Below, one piece after another: positions 61,779-64,000 of a DNA stretch of 64,000 bases. A program made the translations under genes and the position numbers. Each line of letters begins with the position of its first letter. Position 1 is the first letter of the stretch. Origin of the DNA: an uncultured bacterium (GTDB taxonomy: Bacteria; Verrucomicrobiota; Verrucomicrobiia; Limisphaerales; UBA8199); the NCBI GenBank assembly GCA_963749495.1, contig CAVVMW010000023.1, positions 128,001 to 192,000 on the forward strand, in the 5' to 3' direction. The notes below the pieces were generated by a model that was not told the origin of the DNA, ran no database searches, and saw nothing but the letters and a program-made list of their open reading frames with translations.

Positions 61779-62528
61779 TCAACTGCTGATCACCGCGATC
61801 AGATGCCGCAGCTCGTCATCCACTTCCTCGGGCGTGGCCACGGTGTGAGTGATTTCCGCCCGCAGCAGCTCCCGGTAACGCTGGCGCAGCCGATGCACCG
61901 CCACCTTGAGCGCGCCCTCGCTCAGACGCAACTGTGCGGCCACCTCGGCGTAGGGCGGCGAACCTTGCTCACCCCACAGGAGAACCTTCAACCGCTCAAA
62001 TTGCTCTGCCTTGCCGCGAGCCGTGAATTCCTCACGCAGCCGGGCCAGCACGTGTTCCAGCATGGTCACCGCCCACTGTTTCTCGAAGAGTTTCTCGGGC
62101 GTGGACGCGTCGGCCCGCTCCGCCTGGTAGCGCATTTCGCCCGCCTCCGTGTCCCAGGAGATGGCCGGTGCGCCGCCGCCCCGCTTTTGCGCGCCGCCTT
62201 TCTTCCATTCGTTGACCAGGAACCGCTGGAGCGAGGTGAGCAGAAACGTGCGGAACTTGCCGCGCTCGCGGTCGGCATGGCGCAGGTAATGGCGGCCCAG
62301 CAAGCGGGCGAAAAACTCCTGGGTCAGGTCCTGCGCGTCCTCCGGGCGGTGGCACCGGCGCCGGACATAGGCGTAAAGCGGATACCAGTAACCGCGGCAG
62401 AGCCGCTCCAGGGCGGCTTGTCCGCCGGCGGACGAGCTGTCGGCTGCGCTCAGCACGAGGCTCCAGTTGGTCGTCGTAAACTCGCTTGCCGGGCTGGAGG
62501 CGATATCAGTTTCGTGTGTGAGAGCCAT
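61779..62528 (-). CDS. ECF sigma factor (FxTTxWSxV type, kinase-associated)
   Basis: [43 protein letters not shown] and [12 protein letters not shown] motifs. Confidence 0.92.
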   Translation of the reverse strand: MALTHETDIASSPASEFTTTNWSLVLSAADSSSAGGQAALERLCRGYWYPLYAYVRRRCHRPEDAQDLTQEFFARLLGRHYLRHADRERGKFRTFLLTSLQRFLVNEWKKGGAQKRGGGAPAISWDTEAGEMRYQAERADASTPEKLFEKQWAVTMLEHVLARLREEFTARGKAEQFERLKVLLWGEQGSPPYAEVAAQLRLSEGALKVAVHRLRQRYRELLRAEITHTVATPEEVDDELRHLIAVISS

Positions 62529-62610
62529 CAAGATTTCTGTACACTACCTCAGCTTGAAGTGTTGCGCAAGGTGTCCGCCAGCCGCCGGCGCCCTCTCGCC
62601 TGCATCCGGG

Positions 62611-62973
62611 GTCGAGTAGGGACGCGGGTTGCCCCGCGTCCCCCTCGCAGATCCCGGCGGGCGGTTTTCCCGCACCGGGCTCTTCACGACGCCTCGCTCG
62701 CGCACGCGCACGGTCGGTAGGCGTCCCCAAACAGCTTGATCTGACTGAGCCGCTCGAGGTCCCAATCCGCCGGGCCACGCAGACGCAGAGAGCCCCCTGC
62801 CCGTTCCACCACTCGCGGTGGTGGCACCTTGAAGCGCTGGAGCAGCCGATCGAAGGTGCGCCAAGTGAAACTGCTCCGCTGACTACGCCGATTCAGCCAC
62901 TTGAACAGGATGCGGCTGGTTTCGCGGTGGTAGCGGTTCAGGCTCTCAGAGTTGCCTATGACTCCATAGTAAT
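62611..62973 (-). mobile_element. Group II intron 3' remnant: maturase X-domain tail plus RNA domains V and VI
   Basis: Minus strand encodes NYYGVIGN...LFKWLNRRSQRSSFTW..F (stop 62684-62686), then DV GAGCCCGGTGCGGGAAAACCGCCCGCCGGGATC and DVI ...CCCTACTCGAC with a 3' AC end. Confidence 0.88.
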
Positions 62974-63089
62974 TTCCACCGCCTAAGGGGGTTGGCAGGG
63001 CAAGTCAAAGGCCCTCCTCCTGTTCCAACTTGCGCGGGCGCACGACAGAATTCTCCGGGGGCACGATGGACCCGGAGGTGCGTGCTCTG

Positions 63090-63315
63090 GACGCCAAGGG
63101 CGTCGTTCATACCAGCCCAGGGCAACGCCCTGGGAAAAGCCGCCAATGATCATCTGGAGCGCTGAAAGCGCGATTCATCCTCCGGGAGCCTTATGAGGCA
63201 GGCCGTCGGCCTGCAACAGAATAGAAAATGTGCGGTGGACCCAGGGCGGCGGCTCGCCTGCGCTGCGCTCCGGCGGGCCTTGCCCTGGGCTGGTATGAAC
63301 AAGGCCTTCGGCCTG
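63090..63315. repeat. REP/REPIN-like nested palindrome (CCCAGGGCAACGCCCTGGG family), copy 3
   Basis: Same arms; the right arm has an extra internal insertion. Confidence 0.88.
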
Positions 63316-63476
63316 AACACCAGCGTGCCAACCCCAGGCCTGGCATCAGGGAGAGGACCAAGCGGTGTAAATATATGGGCCTCACATACGAGAGCTCCCG
63401 AAATCGTCGCAAATCACAGGGTTTGAAGAATGTCCTCATGCGTCCTACTCACGTGCCATCCACCATGCCCCTCGGT

Positions 63477-64000
63477 TCATTGCGGCGCGTGGCCGCGGGC
63501 GTAATCGCAGAGGGCGCGGAGGTTGGCCAGGGGGGTGTCGCGGGGGACCTCGCAGCCGGCGCCGACAATGAAGCGCGGGCCGGCCTGGCGGTGGCACTCG
63601 GAAATGCAGGCGGTAACGTCCTCGGGCGTGCCGTTGCGCAGGACCAGGACCGGGTTGACGTTGCCCAACAGCACTTGGGCGGAGCCCATGGCCCGACGCC
63701 CCTCGGCAATCGGCGAGAGGTAATCCAGGTCCACAATCTCGCACCCCAGTTTGCCCATGCCCTCGAGCAGCTTGCGCGTATTGCCGCAGATGTGCAGGCG
63801 CACCTTGCACCCGAGGCCGTGGATGCCATCCACCAGTTTCTTCTCATAAGGCCAGACAAACTCCTGGTAAAGCTGCGGGCCAACCAGCGAGGCGGCGGCG
63901 TCGCCGATGCCGATCACCTCGGCTCCCGCATCGAGCTGCGCCCGGGCGAACCTCAGTTCCATCTCGATGACGAAGCTGAAAAGGTCGCGCACAAATGCCG
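63477..64000 (-). CDS. Uroporphyrinogen decarboxylase / MtaA-CmuA methyltransferase family protein (5' end lies outside the window)
   Basis: IGDAAASLVGP..Y.EFV.P, RLHICGN, LGNVNPV, IVGAGCEVP..TP..N motifs. Confidence 0.85.
   Translation of the reverse strand, partial: AFVRDLFSFVIEMELRFARAQLDAGAEVIGIGDAAASLVGPQLYQEFVWPYEKKLVDGIHGLGCKVRLHICGNTRKLLEGMGKLGCEIVDLDYLSPIAEGRRAMGSAQVLLGNVNPVLVLRNGTPEDVTACISECHRQAGPRFIVGAGCEVPRDTPLANLRALCDYARGHAPQ

Noticed and set aside
62611..62973. Retron or DGR reverse transcriptase system
   Set aside because: No RT catalytic domain remains, and the DV/DVI structure with an X-domain tail identifies a group II intron remnant.
1..64000. tRNA, rRNA or riboswitch genes
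   Set aside because: None recognised by eye; a covariance-model scan (tRNAscan-SE, Rfam) would be needed to exclude them.

Overview
High-GC bacterial DNA. Gene content (ECF sigma factors with long C-terminal extensions, an ECF/Ser-Thr kinase pair, secreted CAZymes with an ...RFYRVV C-terminus, nfnAB) suggests an anaerobic or facultative Verrucomicrobiota (Pedosphaerales/Limisphaerales-like) genome; this is inference. The window carries about 45 CDS: carbohydrate-active enzymes, nfnAB plus an archaeal-type thymidylate synthase, ychF, a two-component pair, a YtrA-type GntR/ABC operon, three ECF sigmas and small TA-type genes. No tRNA, rRNA or CRISPR array was seen. Notable points: (1) a Bpu10I-family type II restriction-modification cassette (3671-5906) with no transposase, bracketed by a slightly diverged ~630-bp direct duplication of host sequence; (2) two divergent orphan antitoxins (HicB, VapB/DUF217) whose toxins appear to survive only as 4-5 codon stubs; (3) an unannotated small two-gene toxin/immunity-like pair; (4) a 29-bp bipartite promoter motif repeated upstream of two genes near the ECF-kinase pair; (5) a 3' group II intron remnant cut by the same terminal repeat that bounds a MITE 22 kb away; (6) many palindromic and tandem repeat families; (7) at least six apparent frameshifts, mostly single-base in short runs, which probably reflect sequencing error. 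All protein assignments come from motif recognition, not database searches.
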